A stretch of 64,000 nucleotides of DNA, from the NCBI GenBank assembly GCA_002305115.1, contig DBQF01000001.1, positions 309,767-373,766 on the forward strand, given 5' to 3'. A program made the position numbers and the translations under genes. The stretch is from a candidate division WWE3 bacterium UBA1401. GTDB lineage: Bacteria; Patescibacteriota; WWE3; UBA101185; UBA10185. Below the pieces are notes generated by a model. That model saw only the letters and a program-made list of their open reading frames with translations, was not told the origin of the DNA and made no database searches. Positions 55,191 through 64,000 of this stretch are shown piece by piece; positions within the stretch are counted from its first letter, which is position 1, and each line of letters opens with the position of its first letter.

Positions 55191-56123
55191 ATGCTAGCTA
55201 GCCTGCCCTACAGACACGAAAAAGCCATACAGAACTGGCGGGAAGATCCCCGAGCCATTCAGAAATTCAAATTCATTCACCACTTCATTCCACATGCTTA
55301 TCACAAAACCCGCGCACAACTTCTATCAACCAGAGCATTCTTGGGTTATTTTCTGGCATTATTTCTGGTACTTGGCAGCATAAAACTTTTGCCAAAAGTG
55401 ATTCCGGGCATTCTTGGTTATGCCTCTAATATATTTTCTCGAGACTTGCTTACATTCACCAACCAAAAAAGGCAAGAAGCTGGTTTGCATACACTTACTG
55501 TAAATCCAGTACTTGCCGCGGCAGCAAAAAAGAAAGCCGAAGACATGTTTGAGAAAGGTTATTGGGCACACGTTTCTCCGGAAGGTGTAGAGCCGTGGGA
55601 CTTTATTCTAGCCGAAGGCTATGACTATTCATATGCAGGAGAAAATCTGGCTAAAAACTTTAATGACTCTAAAGATGTGGTAGATGCCTGGTATAAATCG
55701 CCTTCTCACAAAGAAAACCTTTTGTCCGCAAACTATGATGAGGTTGGTTTTGCCGTGGTGAATGGTGTACTAGATGGCTACGAGACTACACTGGTTGTTC
55801 AAATGTTTGGTAAATCCCGAAACCCCAAGCCTATTGCCACCCGTGTTGAAGTTCCCGAAACACCCGCACCAGTAACAGTTAGTGCCTTAGAAGAACAGGT
55901 AGCACCTGCGCAAGTTGTACCCAAAGTTGATGTTGCCATGGTGGTGAAGGTACTAGCCTTTTCACTTGGAGGCTTTTTAACCGTTCTCTTGCTTATAGAT
56001 TTATGGTATTCAAAAAAGCACGGTATCATTAAACTATCTGGGCATACATTGGCACATCTGGTTTTTCTGGTAGTTACCTTTGTAAGTATCTGGGTTGCGC
56101 TAGTCCCGGGAAGGGTTTTATAG
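55191..56123 (+). CDS. CAP/SCP/PR-1-like domain protein with N- and C-terminal TM segments
   Basis: ..NQKRQEAGLH.L..N..L..AA..KA.DM....YWAHVSP.G..PWDF.......Y..AGENLA.NF.....VVDAW..SP.HK.NLL...Y.EVGFAV matches the CAP (YkwD-like) pattern. Confidence 0.8.
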   Translation: MLASLPYRHEKAIQNWREDPRAIQKFKFIHHFIPHAYHKTRAQLLSTRAFLGYFLALFLVLGSIKLLPKVIPGILGYASNIFSRDLLTFTNQKRQEAGLHTLTVNPVLAAAAKKKAEDMFEKGYWAHVSPEGVEPWDFILAEGYDYSYAGENLAKNFNDSKDVVDAWYKSPSHKENLLSANYDEVGFAVVNGVLDGYETTLVVQMFGKSRNPKPIATRVEVPETPAPVTVSALEEQVAPAQVVPKVDVAMVVKVLAFSLGGFLTVLLLIDLWYSKKHGIIKLSGHTLAHLVFLVVTFVSIWVALVPGRVL

Positions 56124-56378
56124 ATGCTGGACGATAAACATTTAAAACATTATTTAGTCTTGTTTGTTGTGCTTTGTTTATGTCTTGCACTGCTTTTGTT
56201 TTTTAGATTCAACAGATTAGCGCAGATAGGTGTTGCAACTTTTGGTTCATCTTTCTATTGCTTTTGGGGTATAATGCATCATGCGTTGGAAGAAAGGCTT
56301 AACAAAAAGATTGTTACAGAATACATACTTTTTGGCATTCTAGCCTTTTTGATTATTTCCACTGCCCTTAGCGTTTAA
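56124..56378 (+). CDS. Small membrane protein (84 aa, ~3 TM)
   Basis: Hydrophobic ORF starting directly after the CAP-protein stop codon. Confidence 0.5.
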   Translation: MLDDKHLKHYLVLFVVLCLCLALLLFFRFNRLAQIGVATFGSSFYCFWGIMHHALEERLNKKIVTEYILFGILAFLIISTALSV

Positions 56379-56383
56379 TAAAG

Positions 56384-57496
56384 ATGGAAGTTGTTGTTGT
56401 CATTCCAACATACAATGAAGCAGATAATATCAGGCAATTAATTGCTATATTGGCTGAGGAGTTTGTGCAGATACCACATAATTGCCGGGCACTGGTAGTT
56501 GATGATTCTTCTCCGGATGGTACATACAGAATCGTAGAAGAATTACGATCTCAATATCCCTTTTTACACTTGTTAGTTCGCAAAGAAAAAACCGGTATTG
56601 GCGGTGCCTATTTTGCCGGGTTTAAACAGGCTATGGCTATGGGGGCGGACGTTGTTATTGAAATGGATGCGGACTTTCAGCACGATCCCAGAGATGTTAA
56701 AAGATTAGTCCAGGCTATTGACGAAGGTTATGACTATGCGGTTGGTTCTAGGTTTGTTGCCGGAGGCAAAATTCCCAAGGAATGGGCTTTTTATAGAAAA
56801 TTTTTGAGTTTCGGTGGCAGTTTGTTTTCCAAAATAGTATTAGGTATGCCTAAACACAATGATTTTACTTCGGGGTTTAAAGCTTCTAGAGTAAAGGGGT
56901 TTGTAGACCAGATAAACTTTGATGGCGTACTCTCCAAGGGTTTTGCCTACAAAATAGATTTGTTATACAGAATGCATAAATTAGGTGCAAAGTTCAAAGA
57001 GGTTCCCATAAGCTTTGGGCTTAGAGATAGGGGTGATTCTAAAATGGGCAAGGATAACATGTTTGATTGTCTGAAAGTAGTTTTGCGTCTCAGGTACAAT
57101 GATAGCAAGCATTTTGTGAAATTTCTGGCAGTTGGGCTTGCTGGATTTTTTGTAGATTTTGTTTTGGCTAATGGATTTAGGCTTTCTATATTACAGTCTG
57201 CCCAAGCAAGTTTACTCGCGGGGTTTATTGCTATGCTTACCACTTACACTTTAAATAACTTTTGGTCTTTTAGAGATCGCCAACAGATTGTTGGAGTGGC
57301 TAATAGAATAAAGAGCATAGTTATTTACGTTGTATCTTCTTATCTGCCCATTTTGTTTAGAAGTTGGCTGATTCGTACTTCCACTTTAGCTTTTGGCGAT
57401 AATGTATTAATATTTAATGTCACGTTTCTTTTGGGCGTCGTGATTGGGCTAATTTGGAATTTTACAGTTTATAGTAAAATTATTTGGAAAAAATGA
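56384..57496 (+). CDS. Polyprenol-phosphate hexosyltransferase (GT2, Dpm1-like) fused to a GtrA-like membrane domain
   Basis: VVIPTYNEADNI, VVDDSSPDGT and DADFQHDP motifs. The C-terminal ~130 aa have 4 TM helices with the GtrA-like start FVKFLAVGLAGFFVDF. Confidence 0.88.
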   Translation: MEVVVVIPTYNEADNIRQLIAILAEEFVQIPHNCRALVVDDSSPDGTYRIVEELRSQYPFLHLLVRKEKTGIGGAYFAGFKQAMAMGADVVIEMDADFQHDPRDVKRLVQAIDEGYDYAVGSRFVAGGKIPKEWAFYRKFLSFGGSLFSKIVLGMPKHNDFTSGFKASRVKGFVDQINFDGVLSKGFAYKIDLLYRMHKLGAKFKEVPISFGLRDRGDSKMGKDNMFDCLKVVLRLRYNDSKHFVKFLAVGLAGFFVDFVLANGFRLSILQSAQASLLAGFIAMLTTYTLNNFWSFRDRQQIVGVANRIKSIVIYVVSSYLPILFRSWLIRTSTLAFGDNVLIFNVTFLLGVVIGLIWNFTVYSKIIWKK

Positions 57497-58251
57497 TTGA
57501 GTATTCAATTGTTATACCTGCTTATAACGAAGCAGACAAAATAGTTTCAAGTTTAAATCAAGTGTTAGGATTTATGCCTTCTTTTGCTGACTCGTTCGAA
57601 GTACTGGTGGTAGATGATGGCAGTAAAGATGCTACTGCTCAGCTTGTAGCAAGAGAGGCTTCAGAACACTCGGAACTTCGGCTTATCAAAAATCCGCATA
57701 AGGGTAAAGGCCCTTCCATTTGGACTGGTGTTATGGAAGCTAAAGGTAAATATATTTATCTAGCTGATGCGGACCTTTCCGCGCCAATTTCCGAATTAAA
57801 AAAATTTGCCACCTGGATTAAAGATCACGACTTTGACTTAGTTATAGCTTCTCGTGAGGGTTTAGGTGCTAAAAGAATAGGCGAGCCCTTATATCGTCAC
57901 TTAATGGGCAGAGTTTTTAACTACCTGGTGCAGTTAATAATTCTTCCTGGTATTAAAGATACACAGTGTGGCTTTAAACTATTTAAGGCTTCTGTTGCTA
58001 AGGATATTTTTGGTCGGCTGAAAATTTACGGTGCTGATGCGAAAGAGATTCAAAAGTCTTATATGGGGGCATTTGATGTTGAAGTTTTATTTCTTGCGAG
58101 AAAACTGGGTTACTGTATTAAACAGGTTCCGGTTATATGGACTTACGCCACTACTACGCGCTTAAATCCTATTGCTGATGCTATCAAAATGCTGACTGAC
58201 ATCCTTAGGATTAGATTAAATAATTTAAAAGGAGTTTATAAAAATATATGA
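57493..58251 (+). CDS. Glycosyltransferase family 2 (dolichyl/polyprenyl-phosphate beta-glucosyltransferase-like)
   Basis: IVIPAYNEADKI, VVDDGSKDAT and ADADL motifs. The ATG at 57493 overlaps the previous stop (ATGA). Confidence 0.88.
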   Translation: MIEYSIVIPAYNEADKIVSSLNQVLGFMPSFADSFEVLVVDDGSKDATAQLVAREASEHSELRLIKNPHKGKGPSIWTGVMEAKGKYIYLADADLSAPISELKKFATWIKDHDFDLVIASREGLGAKRIGEPLYRHLMGRVFNYLVQLIILPGIKDTQCGFKLFKASVAKDIFGRLKIYGADAKEIQKSYMGAFDVEVLFLARKLGYCIKQVPVIWTYATTTRLNPIADAIKMLTDILRIRLNNLKGVYKNI

Positions 58252-59603
58252 ACGTATGTGTAATAGGCACAGGATATGTTGGGTTAATTGCTACTGCAGT
58301 TTTTGCAGACTGGGGTAATAATGTAGTTGGTGTAGATATTGATAAAGAAAAAATAGATATGATCAAGCAGGGCAAAATGCCAATTTATGAGCCCGGGCTT
58401 GCAGAAGTGGTAGAAAAAAACGTAAAAGAAGGAAGGCTCACCTTTACTACCAATATTGGTGACGGTATTCGGGATGCCGAAATCGTTTTCATTTGTGTAG
58501 GAACTCCTCAGGATGACACAGGTGCAGCTGATCTGTCTTATGTATGGGGTGCTGCTGAAGAAATCGGTAAGAATCTTAATGGTTACAAAATAATTGTTAC
58601 AAAAAGCACAGTTCCTGTTGGTACAAATGAGAAGGTAGCAATGATTGTTAAGGACAATCTTAAGAAAGATATTCCTTTTGATGTAGCCTCCAACCCGGAA
58701 TTCTTAAAAGAAGGTTCTTCGGTAGAAGACATGCGCCATCCAGATAGAACTATTCTTGGTTCAAATTCTCAAAAAGCTATTGATACTTTAAAGCAGTTAT
58801 ACGCACACTTAAATACTCCGGTTGTTGAATGTAATTTGCGTACAGCTGAAATGATTAAGTATGCTTCTAATGCGTTTCTTGCAACCAAGATCTCCTTTAT
58901 TAATGAAATAGCCCAGATTTGTGAACGCGCAGGTGCCGATGTTTCGGTAGTAGCAGATGGCATGGGGCTTGATAAAAGAATAGGTAGAGCATTTCTGTAC
59001 CCCAGTATTGGTTATGGCGGAAGTTGTTTTCCGAAGGACGTAGCCGCCTTGTATAGGACTTCTACAGATCAGGCTTATGACTTTAAGTTATTAAGAGGGG
59101 TTATGGAAGTTAATGAGCGCCAGAAGGAATATTATTTGGATAATATTGTTGGTGAATTAGGCAAGAATCTTGATGGAAAAGTTATTGCTTGTCTTGGGCT
59201 TTCCTTTAAGGCCAATACCGATGATGTTAGAAAATCTGTTGCTTTAACTGTAATACAGAGGCTCAGAGGCCTAGGAGCCGCACTTAGAGTATATGATCCC
59301 AAAGGCACTGACAATTCCAAGGATCATCTTGGTGATGCCAATATTTATTATGCTTCAGACTCGTATGATGCTGTAGAAGGGGCTGATGCGCTATGTATAC
59401 TGACTGAATGGAAGGAATTTCAGGAGCTAGACTTTGGTAAGGTAAAAGAGCTTATGAAGGGCAACTATGTTTTTGATGGTAGAAACCTTTTAGATATTAA
59501 TACAATTCAAGATCTTGGGTTTACGTACTTTGCTATCGGCAGGCCCACAAACGGCACAAAAAAGATCAGCAGCAAGTTTACCAGAAGCGTGTTGCTGTCT
59601 TAA
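58248..59603 (+). CDS. ugd: UDP-glucose 6-dehydrogenase
   Basis: N-terminal Rossmann motif VIGTGYVGL, catalytic GGSCFPKD, 451 aa. Confidence 0.93.
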   Translation: MNVCVIGTGYVGLIATAVFADWGNNVVGVDIDKEKIDMIKQGKMPIYEPGLAEVVEKNVKEGRLTFTTNIGDGIRDAEIVFICVGTPQDDTGAADLSYVWGAAEEIGKNLNGYKIIVTKSTVPVGTNEKVAMIVKDNLKKDIPFDVASNPEFLKEGSSVEDMRHPDRTILGSNSQKAIDTLKQLYAHLNTPVVECNLRTAEMIKYASNAFLATKISFINEIAQICERAGADVSVVADGMGLDKRIGRAFLYPSIGYGGSCFPKDVAALYRTSTDQAYDFKLLRGVMEVNERQKEYYLDNIVGELGKNLDGKVIACLGLSFKANTDDVRKSVALTVIQRLRGLGAALRVYDPKGTDNSKDHLGDANIYYASDSYDAVEGADALCILTEWKEFQELDFGKVKELMKGNYVFDGRNLLDINTIQDLGFTYFAIGRPTNGTKKISSKFTRSVLLS

Positions 59604-59608
59604 CCCAT

Positions 59609-60802
59609 ATGACAAAAAAGGTAGTGTACTTTATCCCCGAGTTTCCTCGGCTCACTGAAACATTTATTGAACGGGAAGTGGCAAAGCTTATCGAACGCGG
59701 CAATGTGGATCTAACTGTTGTTGCTGTAAAGAAAGCTACTGGGTCAACCTCTCCTGAAGTGTTAGCTCATACTGTTTATGCTAGACCCAATCTGTTGGAT
59801 TTAGTGCAGGGGTTGTTTCGCTATGCTGCAAGAAGCCCTCAAGCTTTCAAGCTTATTTCTGGTAACGACATGGCGTCAATCGTTAATCGTTACTTGTTAT
59901 TTATTAAGTCTTTTGGTTATGCCAATATATTTAGTAAGTATAATCCCGCCCATTTGCATGCCCATTTCCTGTCTTGGCCATCTACCGTAGGTATGGTGGC
60001 AGCAACCCTAATGAATATTCCATATAGTATCTCCGGTCATGCCAGAGATGTTATGGTAGATGGAACACTTATTGCTGCAAAAGTAAGAACTGCCAAATTT
60101 ATTGCTATTTGCAATAAATATGCTTATCAAAGCTGTAAAGATCAAGCTAAAGGGGAGAATTGTGCTAACGTTTATCAACAGTACCATGGTGTAGATGTGG
60201 CTAAACTCAATCTTGAAAAAATTCAAGCCGCTGCTCCCTCCAGACCTTTTATTTTTATTGGCTCTCGATTGGTTGAGAAAAAGGGTTTGGATTATGCTAT
60301 CCAGGCTTCCAGACTACTTAAAGATAAAGGAATTGCGCATGAAATGCATATTGTAGGCCCCGGGCCTTTGTACGAAAAGCTACTGCAGCAGATAGCAGCT
60401 TTAGGAGTGACAGACACAGTTATGATCCATGGTGAAGGCAAGGGCTTACCCTGGCAGGAAATATTACCCTTCTATAAGCAGGCTGCTGTTTTTGCTCATC
60501 CAAGCATAGATACTTCCACCGGTGATGCCGATGGTGTGCCAACTTTTATTATTGAGGCAGCGCTATGTAAACTGCCCATAGTTACAACCGATGCAGGAAG
60601 CATTGCTGACCTTATTATCAACAATGAAACTGGGTTAGTAGTAGAACAGCGTAATGCTCAAGATCTTGCTGACGCTTTAGCTAAAATCATCAACAATCCC
60701 AAATTAGGTAAATCATTAGGCGAAAACGCCTATAACAAGGCTTCAGAGATGTTTAGTCTAGACAAAAACATCGCAGAGTTGGAACAGTTATTACTTAGCT
60801 AG
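59609..60802 (+). CDS. Glycosyltransferase family 4
   Basis: GT-B C-terminal domain (..GSRLVEKKGLDYAI.., ..DADGVPTFIIEAALCKLPIVTTD..). Confidence 0.85.
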   Translation: MTKKVVYFIPEFPRLTETFIEREVAKLIERGNVDLTVVAVKKATGSTSPEVLAHTVYARPNLLDLVQGLFRYAARSPQAFKLISGNDMASIVNRYLLFIKSFGYANIFSKYNPAHLHAHFLSWPSTVGMVAATLMNIPYSISGHARDVMVDGTLIAAKVRTAKFIAICNKYAYQSCKDQAKGENCANVYQQYHGVDVAKLNLEKIQAAAPSRPFIFIGSRLVEKKGLDYAIQASRLLKDKGIAHEMHIVGPGPLYEKLLQQIAALGVTDTVMIHGEGKGLPWQEILPFYKQAAVFAHPSIDTSTGDADGVPTFIIEAALCKLPIVTTDAGSIADLIINNETGLVVEQRNAQDLADALAKIINNPKLGKSLGENAYNKASEMFSLDKNIAELEQLLLS

Positions 60803-60813
60803 CAAGAAAGGTA

Positions 60814-61998
60814 TTGTTTGTTACAATTGATAGTGTGAGAATTGCAGTATTTATCAAATCCACAACATTCCACCCACATTTTGGTGGCTTGGAAACCCAA
60901 AATAGGCAACTATGTGAAGGGCTTGCTACCAGAGGCCACAAAGTAATAGTTTTTGCCCCTAAGGGTGATGTATCTCAAGAGAGCATCGAAGAGAATAGAG
61001 TGGTGTATAAGTTTGTACCTGGTGTATATCGGCTGGGTGTGACGCAGGGGGCTAATAATTGGGTCAACACTTCTGTAGAAGCTTTTAAGACTATTCACAA
61101 TTCTGTACCTTTTGATATTGTTATCAGCCAGAGTTCCGCAGCATTAGGCATTATTAAAAACAAAGTTGAGTTGGGTGTAAAAGTATTGGCAATAGCCCAT
61201 GGCAGCATCTTAGGAGAATTTAAAACCAGATTTTCCAGTATTACCGGTATCAAAGATGTGTTAGCCCTGTTGCCGGATACACTTTTTACTTTACGCGTAT
61301 TTTTTGGCCGTCAACGTCAGTTTATTCATGGCGCTAACAAAATAGTTGCTGTTTCCAGCTTTGTTAAAACTAAACTTATAGAAGAGACTTTTGCTCCGGA
61401 GGAGAAATTTGTAGTTATTAATAATGGCATAAAGCCTGTTTCACTATCTTTGCAGAATAAGAGTAATGACTTTATTTTTGTAGGTAGACTTATTAAGTCT
61501 AAAGGGGTCTTTGATTTAGTTAAGCTATTTGCTAGCAAGGAGCTACAACCTTACACCTTGCGCTTTGTTGGTGATGGTGACGATAGAGAAGCTCTGGAGC
61601 ATGTAGTTACGCAACAGCGTCTGCAAAATATCTCTTTTAACGGCCAAGTTGCTCCGGATCAGGTGGCTCAATTGCTTGCACAATCTAAAGTTTTTGTTTT
61701 TCCTACAAATAGAGAAGAAGGATTTCCCATGGTTTTAGCAGAAGCTATGTTTGCAGGGCTTCCCATTGTGGCTTTTAATAAAGGAGGAGTAAGCGATGCT
61801 ATTGTGCATGAACAGACAGGTTATCTGGTAGACTATAAAAACATGGCTGTTTTCAAACAACAGTTAGTAGAGTTGGCAGAAAATTCTGCTCTAAGAAACC
61901 GCATGTCCCAGAATGCTTTAACTAGAGCAAGTGAATGTTTCAGTGCAGATGCTATGCTTGATAAGTACGAACAAGTTATAAAAGAAGTATTACTATGA
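60814..61998 (+). CDS. Glycosyltransferase family 4 (TTG start at 60814 with RBS; alternative GTG at 60835)
   Basis: ..VRIAVFIKS......GGLE.. N-terminus. Also ..VGRLIKSKG.. and ..REEGFPMVLAEAMFAGLPIVAF.. motifs. Confidence 0.85.
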   Translation: MFVTIDSVRIAVFIKSTTFHPHFGGLETQNRQLCEGLATRGHKVIVFAPKGDVSQESIEENRVVYKFVPGVYRLGVTQGANNWVNTSVEAFKTIHNSVPFDIVISQSSAALGIIKNKVELGVKVLAIAHGSILGEFKTRFSSITGIKDVLALLPDTLFTLRVFFGRQRQFIHGANKIVAVSSFVKTKLIEETFAPEEKFVVINNGIKPVSLSLQNKSNDFIFVGRLIKSKGVFDLVKLFASKELQPYTLRFVGDGDDREALEHVVTQQRLQNISFNGQVAPDQVAQLLAQSKVFVFPTNREEGFPMVLAEAMFAGLPIVAFNKGGVSDAIVHEQTGYLVDYKNMAVFKQQLVELAENSALRNRMSQNALTRASECFSADAMLDKYEQVIKEVLL

Positions 61999-63182
61999 AA
62001 ATACTACGATTGATTTATGATTGGCCGCCTCCTTGGGCAGGGTTGGGACCACATCCTTATGAATTAACTGCCGCCCAGGTTAATTTGGGTCATAGTTTTG
62101 ACATATTTTGTGGCAGTTGGCCAAGTTCGGGTTCTCCTGAACAATTGCCAAATACAACAATTCATTCTTTTGTTAGGGAGCCTTTGCCGGGTACTTTGAA
62201 TATTACCACTTCGGTGTTAATGTTTTTTTACTACCTTTTCTGGCGACGAACGCATGAAGTAGATTTAGTTCATTCGCATGGTCACTTTGCTATCTGGGTT
62301 TACCTATATAGGAAACTGCTCAAAAAATATAAATCCACTGCCACAGAGCTAAAAACCCCACTCGTTGTGCACTTCCATAACACTGTTGCCGGTAGGGAAG
62401 CTTCCCTTAAGGAAAAAGGCCAGACTCCAAAGGTTTATTCACAATATATTGCTTGGCCTTTGGCGAAATTGGCAGATCAATGGGCGGTTGAGGTGGCAGA
62501 TGCCTGTATTTTCGTGAGTGAAGACACTAAAAACGAAGCCATAAAGTATTACAATGCCGATCCAACCAAATGTTATGTAGTTGAAACAGGCGTAAATACC
62601 CAGTTATTTACTAAAGTTTTGGATGAGGAAAAAGATAAGACCCGTAAAGAAATAGGGCTGGATCCTCTTGATAAAGTGATTCTTAATCACGGTGTAATGG
62701 TAGAACGTAAAAATATTCATCTTTTGGTGGATGCCCTTAAGTTTTTACCACGTGAGTATAAGCTGTTGCTGGTTGGTTCAGGTGATAATGCCTATATAGA
62801 AAAGCTTGATGAACAGGTTGCAGAGTTAAAGCTGCAAAACAGGGTAGTAAGAGTAGGGTACACGCCCTATCCCCAAACCCCCATAGCATTCCAAGCCGCG
62901 GATGTCTTTGTATTGCCCTCTAGTTTTGAAGGGTTGCCCAAAGTTGTTATGCAAAGCTTATCATGTGGTGTGCCTGCTCTGGTTTCCGGTTTTCAGCTTT
63001 CTGAAGAGTTAAGAGGGCTTTATTATCTGGAAAATCTTGAGCCACAAACTATAGCTAATCAAATCAAAGAGGTTATTGACTATAAAGTTGATGTAGACGT
63101 TAATAAAGTTAGGCATCTGTATTCCTGGCATAACAGAGCCCATGAAGTAGACCGGATTTATGCGCAAGTTACGCGAGTTTAA
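61995..63182 (+). CDS. Glycosyltransferase family 4
   Basis: MKILRLIYDWPPPW.. N-terminus and ..SSFEGLPKVVMQSLSCGVPALVS.. (E-x7-E region). Confidence 0.8.
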   Translation: MKILRLIYDWPPPWAGLGPHPYELTAAQVNLGHSFDIFCGSWPSSGSPEQLPNTTIHSFVREPLPGTLNITTSVLMFFYYLFWRRTHEVDLVHSHGHFAIWVYLYRKLLKKYKSTATELKTPLVVHFHNTVAGREASLKEKGQTPKVYSQYIAWPLAKLADQWAVEVADACIFVSEDTKNEAIKYYNADPTKCYVVETGVNTQLFTKVLDEEKDKTRKEIGLDPLDKVILNHGVMVERKNIHLLVDALKFLPREYKLLLVGSGDNAYIEKLDEQVAELKLQNRVVRVGYTPYPQTPIAFQAADVFVLPSSFEGLPKVVMQSLSCGVPALVSGFQLSEELRGLYYLENLEPQTIANQIKEVIDYKVDVDVNKVRHLYSWHNRAHEVDRIYAQVTRV

Positions 63183-64000
63183 TCCAAACTTTTTTGTTTT
63201 CATCTTATTTGTTCTGGTACATTTGCTTTTCCTTAATGTGAATGCTGCAGAATGGGGTGATACCTATAGACTACTCAGGGCGGCCGAGTTCATTAAAAGT
63301 TTTACTTATCCGTTTGATGAAAAACGCCCTCCGTTGTTTTCAGCGCTTCTGGCCTTTAACCCAGCTGTAATTTCGCCTGTTTTATGGGGCAGAATTGTGC
63401 TATTTACTGCAAGTGTGAGCTCATTTATTGTATTTAGTAAGTTATGTGACTTTTTTCTGGATAAGAAGGCAAAGTTCATTGCACTTATTTTATTTGTTCT
63501 GAATCCGGTATATTTATACTGGTCTTTGCGGGTATATGCTGACGTGCCTTTTGCCCTTTTTGTTTTAGCTACGCTATTTTTATATGAAAAGTGGCGAGCT
63601 GAGTTGAAAGCTTACCATTTGTTTGTTCTAGGGCTTGTTACCGGATTAGCTATCCTCACCAGGTTTGAAGGTTATATTCTATTTGGTGCGGTGAGCCTTG
63701 CCTTAGTCTTAGTATCTGTAAAGAAGCTTGTTGTATATGCGTTAGCAAGTGTTTTAGCAATTTTGCCGTGGCTTATTTACAGAAACCCTTTGAATTCAAG
63801 CTATTTTCAGGAGCCGGCAGGCAGAACTTATGATGTTAGGATGGTGGCAATCTATATTGTCTCATTATTGTTTGTTTTTGGTTTTACTAGCGCTTTTGCA
63901 CTGTTAATTAGTCACAAAAAGAGTGTGGCAGCCTTTTTCAGGGAGCATATGGCACTGTTGTTTTTTGTGGTAGGGGAGCTACTGTTGATTTTGGCTTGGC
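63160..64000 (+). CDS. GT-C fold membrane glycosyltransferase (ArnT/PMT, GT39/83-like), 3' end outside window
   Basis: Hand translation from the ATG at 63160 gives MRKLREFNPNFFVFILFVLVHLLFLNVNAAEWGDTYRLLRAAE...EKRPPLFSALL...YWSLRVYADVPFALFVL.. It is open to the window end and polytopic, with a pattern typical of ArnT/PMT_2. It is absent from the ORF track because no stop lies inside the window. Confidence 0.7.
   Translation, partial: MRKLREFNPNFFVFILFVLVHLLFLNVNAAEWGDTYRLLRAAEFIKSFTYPFDEKRPPLFSALLAFNPAVISPVLWGRIVLFTASVSSFIVFSKLCDFFLDKKAKFIALILFVLNPVYLYWSLRVYADVPFALFVLATLFLYEKWRAELKAYHLFVLGLVTGLAILTRFEGYILFGAVSLALVLVSVKKLVVYALASVLAILPWLIYRNPLNSSYFQEPAGRTYDVRMVAIYIVSLLFVFGFTSAFALLISHKKSVAAFFREHMALLFFVVGELLLILAW

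Overview
This is a 64-kb window from a compact, low-GC bacterial genome in which most genes lie on the + strand. I infer a CPR/Patescibacteria-type organism for four reasons: there is no L30 gene between rpsE and rplO, S14 is the short zinc-type form, many start and stop codons overlap, and RF2 is present with TGA used as a stop (standard code). I found no tRNA, rRNA, CRISPR array or transposase.

Bases 1-21815 hold the rpoC-str-S10-spc-alpha ribosomal super-operon: rpoC 3' end, rpsL, rpsG, fusA, tuf, rpsJ, rplC through rplO, secY, adk, map, infA, rpmJ, rpsM/K/D, rpoA, rplQ, rplM and rpsI. It has three oddities:
- A ~1.95-kb island (5149-7102) separates rpsJ from rplC. It carries unknown ORFs with their own promoter-like and terminator signals.
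- L3 is unusually short.
- A YbaB-like gene sits between secY and adk.

The remainder mixes housekeeping genes with envelope and accessory genes:
- Housekeeping: prfB, recJ, aspS, gltX, recA-recX-rny-ymdB, hup.
- Two loci encode TasA/camelysin-like secreted proteins, each with its own SipW-type (Ser-His) signal peptidase: 22808-23862 and 29876-34996.
- A membrane-anchored Clp/Hsp100 ATPase.
- An unexplained ~490-nt convergent spacer with a GC-rich patch.
- A two-gene operon pairing a DUF2156 (aminoacyl-tRNA transferase-like) gene with an ODC-like decarboxylase.
- An orphan histidine kinase.
- A glycosylation cluster of roughly 8 kb: GT2-GtrA fusion, GT2, ugd, three GT4 genes and an ArnT/PMT-like GT-C.

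The larger TasA/SipW locus is my best candidate for an undescribed system.
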